A DNA stretch of 64,000 nucleotides from Lepidodermella squamata. Taxonomy: Eukaryota; Animalia; Gastrotricha. This document shows positions 36,360-47,218 of the stretch, piece by piece. The translations under genes were made by a program, and so were the position numbers. The stretch's first letter is position 1. Each line of letters begins with the position of its first letter. The stretch covers positions 4,591,881 through 4,655,880 of the forward strand of contig JBLDXI010000007.1 in assembly GCA_047495785.1 (NCBI GenBank), written 5' to 3'. The notes under the pieces are model-generated. The model saw nothing but the letters and a program-made list of their open reading frames with translations. It made no database searches and was not told where the DNA came from.

Positions 36360-38564
36360 CTACTTCGTCTTCTTCTTCTGCTGCTGCTGCTTATCCTTTA
36401 TTTTAGCAACCACCTTCTGTTGCTGCTTGATCATTTTGCCATTTGCTGATGATGATGATGATGATTTCGACTGCCGTCCGCTGCCGATGTTGTTGGCGTT
36501 GGCGTTGGCGTCGCTATTTCCTTCTGTTTCGTCTGTATTTTGCTGCTGCTGCTGGCTGTTGTTGTCATCAGCTGACGATGCCGGCGGTTCACTCACCTCC
36601 GGCTCAACAGTCGTAGCCAAAGTCGTAGTCTCTGCAGTAGTAGTAGTAGTAGTAGTTGTCGTAGCCGACGCCTTATTGTTATTGTTGCCAGCAGCCGCAG
36701 TAATAGCAGTAGCCGCTGCTGCTGTAGTGCGGCGGATCCAGTCGAGCGTGTCGTTGGAGATGCGCGCGCCCACGCCCACGCCGGTGCCGCACGCCATCGA
36801 GCCCCAACTCGTCGCCGCTATGAGTGTCCATTTCGAGCCGGCTCGATCGCCGAACGGCCGGTCGACGACCACCCACGGCCCGCCCGAGTCGCCCTGGCAC
36901 TGGTCGCGGCCGCCGGCCCCGCTCGAGCAGATCATCAGCTCGCGGTCGATGCCGTTGATCTGCTCGTCGCAGTCCGCCGCCGAGATGATGCGCCGCGGCA
37001 CCCACTGCTGCACGTCCGGGATGTTGCTCATCAACTGCATAATGCATAATTAAAATGACAAAACTGTGAGTGAGAGTTGAATGAATCATCAAAAAAATCA
37101 AAGACAAAACAACGATTGAAAGCAATGGGTAATTATTTGCGGTGGTATTAACGCTATGAATGCTGTTGCGGTTACCTTTTGGCGGTTCGGCAGCGACGTG
37201 AGACCACGGCCGCGGCCGACGGGCTGCGCGGCGACGACGCGGTCGAGGTCTTCGAGCGTGAGGTTCGAGTGGCGCGTCTCCGGCGACACGCCCCACCCCA
37301 CCATGAGCGCCACCCGGTTCTCGTACGTGTTCGCCGACGCGACGCCCAACGGCAGGCACACCGGCCGCACGTACGCGCTGTACTTGCCGATCGGAGCTAT
37401 CGCATATAAGACATATCAAGTAAGTAGATACATAGATACCTGATACACCTGGTAGAACTTACGGTCGAGACGCACGAGCGCAAAGTCGTAGTGGAACTTG
37501 GTGATGTCGAAGCGCGGGTGCACGAACACGTTGCGCGACAGGTCGTTGGCGCTGCGCACGGCTCGCACGATCTGGAAGTTGTCGGCGCCGACCAGCCGGA
37601 ACCGCCCGATCGACACGTTCACCGCCAGCTCTTTGCCATTCATCATACTGCGTAACAAAAACAGAGTATGAGATGATAGATGAAAGACGATGAGAGGAAA
37701 CTCCCGAACTCACTCGGGGCCGAAGCAGTGGCCGGCGGTGAGCACCCAGCGGCGGTCGATGAGCGAGCCGCCGCACATGCTGTGCTGAACCTTGCCATCC
37801 GGCGACGGCGACTTCCACGTGTACGTGAGAAGGACCTGGAACGGGAACTCGCCCTTCTCGGCGTCGGCGCCCGTGACGATGCGCCCGCGCACCCGGAAGT
37901 GGTCCCACGAGTCGCGCCTCGACCCGGCTCCGCATTCCGCCGGGTTGAACGCGTCCAGCACCGCATCACCAGCACCGCCATTTCTCGCTTTCTTAGCATC
38001 ATCATCATCATCACTGCCTTTGTTGCTGCTTGACGACGAAGATGAAGATGAAGATGGGCGCGCTTCAACCGCCACTTTGCGATAGTACGCCGATGACGAT
38101 AACCCAGTCGATGATGAGGCTGACCTTTTAGCTGTTTCGTTGCACGGCGTGAAAGCGGCCGCCAACAGGCACGACGTCGCATTGCCACTGCCATCCGCAT
38201 CGGTGAGCAGGACAAATCCGACGCATTGCTGCTGCTTGTTGCCTTGTTCAGTTGCGGCGTCGGCGCTGCGGGCGTGCATGACGCACTCGACGGCGCAGTC
38301 GGTGAACGTGGCGCAGCGCACGCAGGCGGCGCGGTACGCCGGCGTCACCGCCACGTGCCCGCACACGTCCGCACCGTCGGCCGCCACGAACCGCCAGTCG
38401 TCGAGCACGCGGTCGCTGCCACCACCACCACTCGTGCCAGCACCATGTTGTCGCAAATCGTTGACTAGCTGGCCAGCCTCGACGATCACTGCCGCCCATG
38501 TGACCATGACGACGACGACGACTAGAGTCATCGGTGAATAGGTTATACCACGCCGAGTATTCAT
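36360..38564 (-). CDS. S1A trypsin-like serine protease 5 with Thr-rich/basic C-terminal tail
   Basis: GR|[17 protein letters not shown] and [10 protein letters not shown]. Low-complexity tail of about 120 aa. Confidence 0.92.
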
Positions 38565-39567
38565 TTTCGTTGCTATCGTTCAAATACCTACTACCGTCTG
38601 GCTGTGGAGCTGTGGCTCTATCGCGCTTCACAACACTGAAGCAGCTGTGAAGCAGCCCACGATCATGCGAATAATAATTGTTATTCACCCGCCGGGAATT
38701 TCTTCACTCATCAACGACATACAGCCGTGGGTGGACCACCCAGTAGACTCGTTGCTCGCCGCCGCCGCCGTTCTCGTTGGAAATCGAATCACGTCTTTTC
38801 GACACTACTCGGCGGATAATCAGCTCATCGTTTATCGACATTCTTCTCACCTACTAAACAGGATTACGCAGTTGAAGACCGACATTTCACGTAAAATAAG
38901 TTGATTTGCGAAGACTTTGATACCATAGCATAGTATAGTATAGTATAATACTATACTCAACAAAATTAAAGATCAGCGTAGTATTTGTCATCGGAACTGT
39001 ACGCAATCATTCGAAATGCGAGATTTGAAACAACATAAACGAGGCTTGCCGGCATCGCTCGCTCGATCGTAATGTTATCAGTTTTCGCCTTCTTGCGCGA
39101 AGAACGGGACATTTAGGTGCTAAAATAGGCGCAACTTTGGGGCAGCTACTGTTTCTTGATGATGAGCATCAAAGCGAGATAGATTCTTAGATCGTCGCTG
39201 GAATGAGCTCGCTCATCCAACAAGTTGTTCAGTGGTCATTTCATACGAAAAATCTCGTACTCAAATCGACTCATCAAAAATAGTTGCTTCTTTGTTAGTT
39301 TGAAAGTACGCTTTTCCACTGTCGGTTATAACTCAAAACAATTAGTCGCAGACGGAAAAGAGTCCCATTTCTAAAGACTGTTCTAAAGCCGGGAATAACG
39401 GGGCTGGGGAAATGTGAAATTTATGGTACTATACAAAGAAGAACACACACGTCGAACGTAATATCGCTTTTATTAGCTAGCAGTGACAACGCAGGTGTGC
39501 AACATTGCGGATGACGCCATCGTAGTAGGAACGCAGAATAACGCAGAAGCCGAACCACGCGATGCGC

Positions 39568-41699
39568 TTAGTCGCGCGAGCGCATGCGGCTGTGCTTGGC
39601 CGTGACGTCGCGGATCCAGCGCAGGATGTCGCCGGTGATGCGCGCGCCCACGCCCACGCCCTTGCCGCAGTCGCCGCCCCAGCTCGTCACCGCGATCAGC
39701 GTCCATTTCGAGCCGACCTGAGCGCCGAACGGCCGATCCACCGTCGCCCATGGCCCGCCCGAGTCGCCCTGGCACTGGTCGCGGCCGCCCGACCGGCTCG
39801 AGCAGACCATGACCGGCGGCTGGAAGTTCTTGATGCGGTCGACGCACTCGTCGCTGGTGAGCAGCCGTCGCGGCAGCTTCTGCAACACATCGGGCAGGTA
39901 GACGGGCGGCGGCGTGGCGGCGGAGTGGCTGCGCGACAGGCCCTCAAGGCCGGTGCGGTCGAAGATCACCGTCAGGTCCTTCGCCGTGATGTTGGAGTGG
40001 CGGCGCGAGTGCGACACGCCCCAGCCCGTCGTCACTACGACGCGGTTCGAGAAGTCGGCGACCGGCTCCGACGGCAGGCAGATCGGCGCCACCGTGTCCG
40101 AGTACGAGCGCAGAGGGGCTGTTCAACAGCAAGATGAAAGATGAAATCAGCATTATAATCATATTGCATAAAAACTTACTCTTGAGGCGGACGAGGGCAA
40201 AGTCGTTGCTGAAGGTGCGGGCGTTGTACTTCGGGTTCACGAAGATGTTGGACGCCTGCGCCGCGCTGTAGTTGTCCTCGAGGGTGACCACCTCGAAGAT
40301 GTCCGCAGACAGCAGTTTGTGCCGGCCCAGCGACCCGCGGATCAGCAAGTCCTTCGCCTCGCGCACTCTACAGTAGAACAGTAGTATATACAACACATCA
40401 GGGTTAGAGAGATGCCGAACGCATCATCGTCTTACGCGGGTGGGAAGCAGTGGGCGGCGGTGAGGATCCACTCGCGGTCGATGATCGCCCCGCCGCACAT
40501 GTTGCTCTCCGAGTCCGTGTCGTCCTTCCTGCAAGGCAAAATAAGGCGGTGGTTTGAGAATGCAGTGGGCTTAGTATGCAATTACAACATACGTGAACTG
40601 AATGGCGATGAGGACCTGGTAAGGGAACTCGCCCTTGACGGCGTCGGCGCCCCTGATGATGCGCCCCTGCAGCATGAACGGGTCGAAGTGCGAGCGCAGC
40701 AGGCCGGCGCCGCACACGCGCGGGTCGAACGCGTCGATGCTGCGCCTCGCCTGGTTGTTCGTGGGTGCCTGCTGTTGCGGGGGACGGCGGTAAGCCTGAC
40801 GACCGCCCACGCCACCACCACCGCCACCATCACCACTATTCGGTTGCTCTTCGTTGTTGTTGTCTTTGTTAGCATCCTGCTCAGCCGTGGCATCAGTGCC
40901 TTCTCGTTGTTGTTGTTGTTGCTGTTCCGGCTGTTGTTGGAGGGTTCTCCTTCGGCGGCGCCGGTCGTTGCGCCGGTCGTTGCGCAGATGCCCGTAGCCG
41001 CCTGACTGTGGCGCGGCGCCGACGTCGTCGCTGATAGGCACCATGCGGTAGTAGGTCTTGTAGAGGCCGCCGCCGACGCCGTTGCCCCGCTGCTGGCGGC
41101 GCATGCGCAGTTCCCGCTGCGTGCACGGCGTCAACGTGGCGGCGAGCTGGCACGATTTGAAGCCGCCTTGATCACCCTTATTGCCACCAGCACCTTGCCG
41201 TCTGCGATGATGGCCCTGCTGCTGCCGGGTGGTGACTAGTTGGAAGCCGACGCAGCGGCGGAACTGGCGGGCGCCGGCGGTGTTGCCATCGTCGTCGTCG
41301 GGCGCGTGCAGCGAGCACTCGATGGCGCAGTCGATGGCGTGCTCGCACGACGGGCAGTCGGACCGAGACGAGACGGGCCCCCGCGCCGCCGCCGCCACCG
41401 ATGCCGACGAACACACGCGCTCGTCCTCCTCGAACGCCACGCCTGTCAGTCGCGATCAATCAGCAATCATAATTATTAAGCTTATGATAATTCGGAGTGA
41501 ACTAACCGTTGACTACAATTTGATTCACCTTGAATTGACTGCTCGGCGGTGCCAGCAACAGCAGAGCCACCAGTATTAGGCTAACAATAGGAGAGAGAGC
41601 CGGTGATGCTGGACGGGCAGCATGGCCGTGTCGCCGTAGTTGATGCCGTTGCAGAAGAACCGTGATCATAGTATTATCCAAGCAGTAGTAGTAGTACAT
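39568..41699 (-). CDS. S1A trypsin-like serine protease 6
   Basis: GR|IIRG, TAAHC, NDFALVRL and [10 protein letters not shown]. Start codon uncertain (41699 or 41668). Confidence 0.9.
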
Positions 41700-42296
41700 G
41701 AATATTATCACGGCGGCGGTAACACATGCTGCTGCCGACGAAGCCAACGAGACACCAGCCCAAGCCGACGAGTTGGTTCAACTCATCAAAATGCAAGCAT
41801 TCAGATGTTCGGTTGTGGAACAGCTGATGATGTATCTCATCTCGAGACTGCTCCGCCGTACTCCCCTTCCCGCCTCAGTGTGATTGCGCATTCAACTCAC
41901 GTCACGTCAAGGCAGCACGATTTTCATTCGGATGCTTCTCATTTTTACTAAAGGAAATCATGGAAGAATTAGACAGGGAATGTTCGAAATTATTGCGGAT
42001 GAGTAAAATTGACAAGAAATCAACTTTGATTCAAAAATATCCTCCAGCAGCTGCATTAAGAATCCTTCATTATTGTTGTCGCTGGATTCTGCTCTGTTTC
42101 TTGTAGTCTCTATAAGTGTACATATCGATTATATTCAAGCAAACTACTGCATCATAGGGATTGCCAGAAATGTGATCAAGTCTGTGTTGCATGTTTATTT
42201 TTCACACTTGTTCAACTTGTACAGCAATAAAAACTAGAACGAAACGGGCATCATTTATCGACAACTAATTATTTGAACACTCTAACACTCTAACAC

Positions 42297-43832
42297 TCAA
42301 GTATCAGCGGTCAGTTCAGTACCACTCTGAATATTATCATCATGTGAATCATTTCTGTTCGACGAGTCGTCGGTTTTATCATCTAGTGGAGCATCCCTGT
42401 CGCCAACAACCGTTGCCTGCTCACTTTCAACAACTGTTCCAGTTGCTTGACTCGCCGCGAGGTGTTGCGCGGTTTTCGCGGCGAGAAAGTCGGTGACTTG
42501 CTGGTGCTGGCACAGGTTGGCGTACCACAGCGGCGGCTTGCCGGCCGAGTCGGGCACGTGGATGGCGGGCGGGTGCCGCTCGTACAACAGCCGCACGGCG
42601 TCGACGTGGCCGTAGTAGGCGGCGGCGAACAGCGGCGTCCACCCGTCACCGTCGCGCTCGCGCACCGCGTCCGGGTGCGCGTCGCACAGCGCGGCGACGA
42701 CGCCCGGGTCCGCCTTGAAGCAGGCGAGGCGCAGCGGCGTCGCGCCCCCGCCGTCGCGCACCCGCGCCGCCGCCGGACACGCCTCGAGCAGCGTCTCCAC
42801 CAGCAGCGCGTCGCCGTTGAACGCCGCCGTGTGCAGCGGCAGACGGCCATCCCGGGCGGCGACCATCGCTGCGGACGCGTCGGCCTGCAGCAGGCGCCGC
42901 GTCAGCTCGTAGGCCCCGCTGAACACGGCGGCGTGCAGCGCGGTGTAGCCGTCGCCGTCCACCGCCCGCAGCAGCGAGGCGGTGCCGCGTGGGGAGGAGT
43001 AGGCCCCTGCCGACAGCAGGTCTGTCACGCGGTCGAGGTCCGAGTCGAAGGCGGCCGACACGATGTCCGGCCGTGGTTTATTGTCAGCGGCAGCGCCTGG
43101 CCTGCCGCCTGGCGGCTCCGGCGAGTCGGCCGTCGACGACAGCAGCGTCGACGACACCGCCGTTGACGAGCTACTGTTCTTGAGAATCGACGTCGTCGTC
43201 TTCGGCCGCGGTGACACTTGCGACAGCTGCTGCGGCGCCGCTTTCACCCTTCCGAAGGCAGGCTTCGGCAGGAAATGCACATTCGGCCGGAAGCTCGGCT
43301 TCATCGCGATCCCGCTACTGCTACCATTGCTAGTAGTAGCAGCTACCGCTGTTGATGCTGCTGCTGTCACTGAGGTTGGCAGAGAGGCAGCCATGGTGGC
43401 GCTCATCTCGTTGACAGACTGCTGCTGCTGCTGATGTTGTTGTTGTTGAGCACGTCTTCGCTGGGAATATGTCGCCACGCTGGTGGTTCTCGGTTTGCTG
43501 CTGCGAGGAGACTCGCCCGAGGACGGAGGAGCCGGCGGGGGCGCTCCAGCGGCTGCTCCGTGATTTTCGAATGCTAGTACACTTGAGCGAACAAACGCCG
43601 CATTGTTGTTGTTGCTGTTGTTCGACGCTGTTGCGGCGGCGGTGTTGAACCACATGGACGGCGGCGGTTTTCGGGACAGGTTGATGCCGCGACCGCCCAG
43701 CGCGAGTTCGGCAGCGACGGGGGCGCCACGCACGCCGTCGACCAGCGGCGCCACAGCCGGCGCCACGCCCACCGATTCGTGATGCAGCAAGTTGTTGAGC
43801 TTGGGCGGCGAGCGGAAAACGGGGCGTTTCAT
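42297..43832 (-). CDS. Ankyrin-repeat protein with disordered N-terminal half
   Basis: Single 511-aa ORF with 5-6 ANK repeats (GYTALHAA, GRLPLHTAA, GATPLRLA, GWTPLFAA, GKPPLWYA). Confidence 0.9.
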   Translation of the reverse strand: MKRPVFRSPPKLNNLLHHESVGVAPAVAPLVDGVRGAPVAAELALGGRGINLSRKPPPSMWFNTAAATASNNSNNNNAAFVRSSVLAFENHGAAAGAPPPAPPSSGESPRSSKPRTTSVATYSQRRRAQQQQHQQQQQSVNEMSATMAASLPTSVTAAASTAVAATTSNGSSSGIAMKPSFRPNVHFLPKPAFGRVKAAPQQLSQVSPRPKTTTSILKNSSSSTAVSSTLLSSTADSPEPPGGRPGAAADNKPRPDIVSAAFDSDLDRVTDLLSAGAYSSPRGTASLLRAVDGDGYTALHAAVFSGAYELTRRLLQADASAAMVAARDGRLPLHTAAFNGDALLVETLLEACPAAARVRDGGGATPLRLACFKADPGVVAALCDAHPDAVRERDGDGWTPLFAAAYYGHVDAVRLLYERHPPAIHVPDSAGKPPLWYANLCQHQQVTDFLAAKTAQHLAASQATGTVVESEQATVVGDRDAPLDDKTDDSSNRNDSHDDNIQSGTELTADT

Positions 43833-44399
43833 TTATTCGTTCAACTGGTGAGCAGGGTATAACTCGGCGGAAAACGACACAGCCTCGCGACAATTAAGTA
43901 TCTTGCAGAAGAAGTAGCAAGTAGTAGGTGTATTATGGGGGTGGTGCTGCTGTTTCGAGGCTTCGTTGCCGGCGTCGAGGTGTGAACGCGATGATCCGCT
44001 ATCGCTGCAACGAAGCCGCAGTCGCAGTCGTTCCTATGCGCGATCAGCCCCACTGCTCCAAGTAACCATTGTGCATAGAAAACAATGCAGCACATCGATC
44101 GACATCATAATCGCTTCACACCTGTTAGCGCTTCGCTTCTATATACTTATTATACCGATGTATGCATTAATAAAGCCGCACTGTACTACGCTACGCCCAT
44201 TACGCGAGCATTGATTTTGCATTTGCTTATTGGCTTTGCAATCAACATTCTATTATCTGCTCGACAACCTATACCACCTCACCTATACAACCCCATATAA
44301 AAATCATTTTTCGGATAGCTCAGTGTGAATATTTAGATTAGGGCCAAAGTTCACATTAAAGCGAGATGAAAAAATTGTGTGTAGATTTAAAAATAAATA

Positions 44400-44964
44400 A
44401 AATAAATTGCGGGTTGAGGGATTTGAAGTCGATAGATTAATTGAAAAACAACGGCTTAATTACCTAGGACATATAATAAGGATGGTAACGTTTGTCGATG
44501 AAAAGGGTGACCCGATACCACCGGGGCCAGTATACGACCTTTACAGGTGGGTAGCGCCTAAAGAATAGCAGAGACCGGTAGGGAGACCTCGAACTAGGTG
44601 GCTAGATTCGGTAGAAAGAAGTCTGAGAAGAGTGGGTCTTACAACCGAAAATATAATAAGGAAAAAACTGACGGGTCCCGTGGCAGACCTCGTAAAGATG
44701 GTAGCAATATAACCGAAATTATCAAAATAACTGTTGACTGGACATTGACCGAAACAAGTGCACTAGATCGAGACGAATGGCGTAAAATTGTCGAGACTTT
44801 GGAAAATTTTGAAATTTACAACAAAAGCAAGATACTTTCGGACGTGGGGGCGGGTGACTGATTCGTTTGGTTTGGTTTGCCATAGCCTTCCTCAAAACCC
44901 GAAAGGGTATAGACACTGAGTCGCGGGGAAGAGAAACAAATAAATCATTTTCATTTTCATTTTC
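44400..44964 (+). mobile_element. 3' fragment of an RTE-like LINE
   Basis: RLNYLGHIIRM, RPVGRPRTRWLDSV and ALDRDEWRKIV with in-frame stops; (CATTTT)n tail at about 44945-44964. Confidence 0.8.
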
Positions 44965-46076
44965 GGGATTTGAAACACCCGTTAGCGCATTGGTGCTCCC
45001 AACGCAGTTCAGTGCTATTCTCACTAAAATATTCAAGTATGAAAACAGTCGAAGGCAGGGTTGCATTGGCTGGACGCTACCCCTATCGGGTTAGCAACCA
45101 GAGACGGGTGAACGTACGGTTGTTCCTAGGGATGTGGGTTGCGAGTAGGCGAATGAGTCCCACTACAGATTAGATATATAATCTTTTCAAATATGCGATC
45201 AGATCGACAAAGTTATTATTTGTTTCGCAGAAACTAAGGAGTAAGTAGAATGAACTGCAAACATGTTTTCCTTGGGTAGTTTTTATATTTTATAGGTATA
45301 AGGCCCCTCCCTCCTCCCCAAAAATGATTAGAACAATCAGGCGAAGGTGATATCTCGAGTAGAAGCGATAGAACCTCAAAAAATTTGGCTTCAGTAGCAT
45401 GTTGGGCTTACGTGGATGCTGTGGTAGTTTTCACAAATATTGCTTTGGTTTCACCATGAAATGATGAAATTAGCAAAGACTAAGTAATAGAATAATTCCT
45501 TAGTAGTTATTTGTTGAAAAATAAACATTATTGTAGGTAAAGTCAGAAGAAACTTTCCGAACAACCAGTCAGCTAAAACGTTGAATACCTTCAAGAAAAA
45601 AATGGCATCCAGTATTCTAATTTCACAGCTAGATAGATCAGGTCTCTAGCTTCAATTTGATATATAATTCATCCATTTCGGGTTTCGTATTCGCATACAG
45701 CGAACCTTCGAAGATCGAGTAAATCCTTAGGTAGAAAAAAGTAAGAAAATGAAGAAAATGAATACGCTGATAATCATGAAAAAATAAACGCGTTTTTCTT
45801 TAACAAAAATAATGAAATTGCAAAGGAAAAAAGGTGTAAATAATTGCGCTATATCTAAAGTTGCCGGCTATAGAAGAGAGCACTTTAGGCTAATATACTT
45901 AGTGGAACCAGTGAATCCACAATAATCTGATTGGCCAGGTGGTTTCAAGTTTCAAGTCTGTGATTGGTTGGTTCAAAGAGCACGCGACACGCATGGTTCG
46001 AGGGGTTGGTTTAACTTTTTTTCTGCGATCACAAAATATGAAATGTGGCGGAAGGTGACCACCCTTCTGCCATCTA

Positions 46077-46149
46077 GCCGAGATAGCTCAGTTGGGAGAG
46101 CGTTAGACTGAAGATCTAAAGGTCCCTGGTTCGATCCCGGGTCTCGGCG
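46077..46149 (+). tRNA. tRNA-Phe(GAA)
   Basis: 73-nt cloverleaf, CTGAAGA anticodon loop, A and B boxes, T-run terminator. Confidence 0.97.
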
Positions 46150-46218
46150 TACCTTTTTGCGCTGCCTTTGGCCTATCCTAAGTGCCATGTTAGAAGCTCG
46201 TGGGGGTTTTCAATCGCA

Positions 46219-46290
46219 GGCCCGTTGGTCTAGGAGTATGATTCTCGCTTTGGGTGCGAGAGGTCTCGGGTTCAATTCCCGAACGGGCCC
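46219..46290 (+). tRNA. tRNA-Pro(TGG)
   Basis: 72 nt, TTTGGGT loop; D-loop has GGAGT in place of the usual GGGGT. Confidence 0.9.
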
Positions 46291-46374
46291 ACTCGTTTTT
46301 TTCTTCATTTGAATTTAAACTTTCAACAAGGTATTGAAAATTTATCTCATAATCCAGGCATTAAATTTCATATC

Positions 46375-46446
46375 TCCCTGATGGTCTAGTGGTTAGGATT
46401 CCGCGCTTTCACCGCGGCGGCCCGGGTTCGATTCCCGGTCAGGGAA
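46375..46446 (+). tRNA. tRNA-Glu(TTC)
   Basis: 72-nt canonical cloverleaf, CTTTCAC loop. Confidence 0.97.
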
Positions 46447-46507
46447 AGTTTTGCTTTGAAATGAGTTTTTTGAAAAAATCATACTGCTCATCGCAAAAAA
46501 TCGAGCA

Positions 46508-46580
46508 AGGCTCAGGGGGATCGAACCGCTTCCAATCTTATGCTAACTGGGCAGACACTCTATCACTAAGCTACTTTGCC
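46508..46580 (-). pseudogene. Degenerate tRNA (Ala(AGC)-like)
   Basis: TAGCTTAGTGATAGAG A-box, TTAGCAT loop and GGTTCGATCC B-box, but the stems pair poorly. Confidence 0.65.
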
Positions 46581-46654
46581 TTTTGGCTTAGATGGCCATT
46601 CAGTCCCAAATTTAAGCTGCCGAAGTAAACGATTCGTGGCAAAAAATGTTTTGT

Positions 46655-46724
46655 TGGATACGGGTGCCGATCCCGTTGCCTCTCGCATGTTAAGCAACCG
46701 CTCTACCATTTGAGCTAATGCCCC
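46655..46724 (-). pseudogene. tRNA-Ala-body pseudogene carrying an AAC (Val) anticodon
   Basis: GGGGCATTAGCTCAAATGGTAGAGCG...TTAACAT GCGAGAGG..CGGGATCG matches the eukaryotic Ala(AGC) body; the 3' acceptor strand is shortened. Confidence 0.75.
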
Positions 46725-46798
46725 ATGTATTTGAGTCAATATTTAACAAAGGCATTCTAGACAATAACGTAAAACTAGCAGTAATTTTTTGAAAAGCT

Positions 46799-46879
46799 GG
46801 CGCCCTTCGGGAGACTCGAACCCCGGAAACTGCGATTAACTGCTCACGGGAGACCATGGTTCGATTCCGTGCCAAGGAT
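46799..46879. pseudogene. Back-to-back fusion of two tRNA 3' halves (Asn(GTT)-like on minus, Asp/Glu-like on plus)
   Basis: Two divergent B-boxes (GGTTCGAGTC on minus; GGTTCGATTCC on plus), each followed by an acceptor strand and T-run. No 5' halves. Confidence 0.65.
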
Positions 46880-46936
46880 CTAGCTTTTTTCTCGATTTTA
46901 AAGCTGAACCATACGAATTGGCCAAAAATGTACAAC

Positions 46937-47009
46937 CGCCCGATGTGGGGCTCGAACCCACGACCCTGGGATTAAGAGTCCCATGCTCTACCGACTGAGC
47001 TAACCGGGC
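46937..47009 (-). tRNA. tRNA-Lys(CTT)
   Basis: 73-nt canonical GCCCGGTTAGCTCAGTCGGTAGAGC...CTCTTAA...GGTTCGAGCCCCACATCGGGCG. Confidence 0.97.
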
Positions 47010-47218
47010 TGAGACTGAGTAGTGTACTGCTAAATCTTATATTTCCTTACTGGTATTACTTCTGAATTAAAAGCAATCGCAGAAAAAATTAAATGGTGCG
47101 TATCGCGTGCTCTTTGAACCAACCAATCACAGACTTGATACCACCCGGCCAATCAGATAATTGTGGATTCACTGGTTCCACTAAGCTACAATATTTCATG
47201 AATTCTGGCACACACGTG

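Larger units (their letters stand above)
45898..47185. repeat. Inverted repeats of about 110-130 bp enclosing the tRNA cluster
   Basis: 45898-46030 (CTTAGTGGAACCAGTGAATCCACAAT...GATTGGTTGGTTCAAAGAGCACGCGA...TTTTTTCTGCGAT) is the imperfect reverse complement of 47076-47185. Confidence 0.9.

Noticed and set aside
25800-41440. Calling the protease N-domain a clip domain
   Set aside because: The CxxEC...CxGF...CxL pattern fits PAN/apple better, and the terminal CC of clip domains is absent.
7707-43434. Many long antisense and alternate-frame ORFs over the lipase, protease and ankyrin exons
   Set aside because: Expected shadows of GC-rich, codon-biased coding sequence; no independent motifs.
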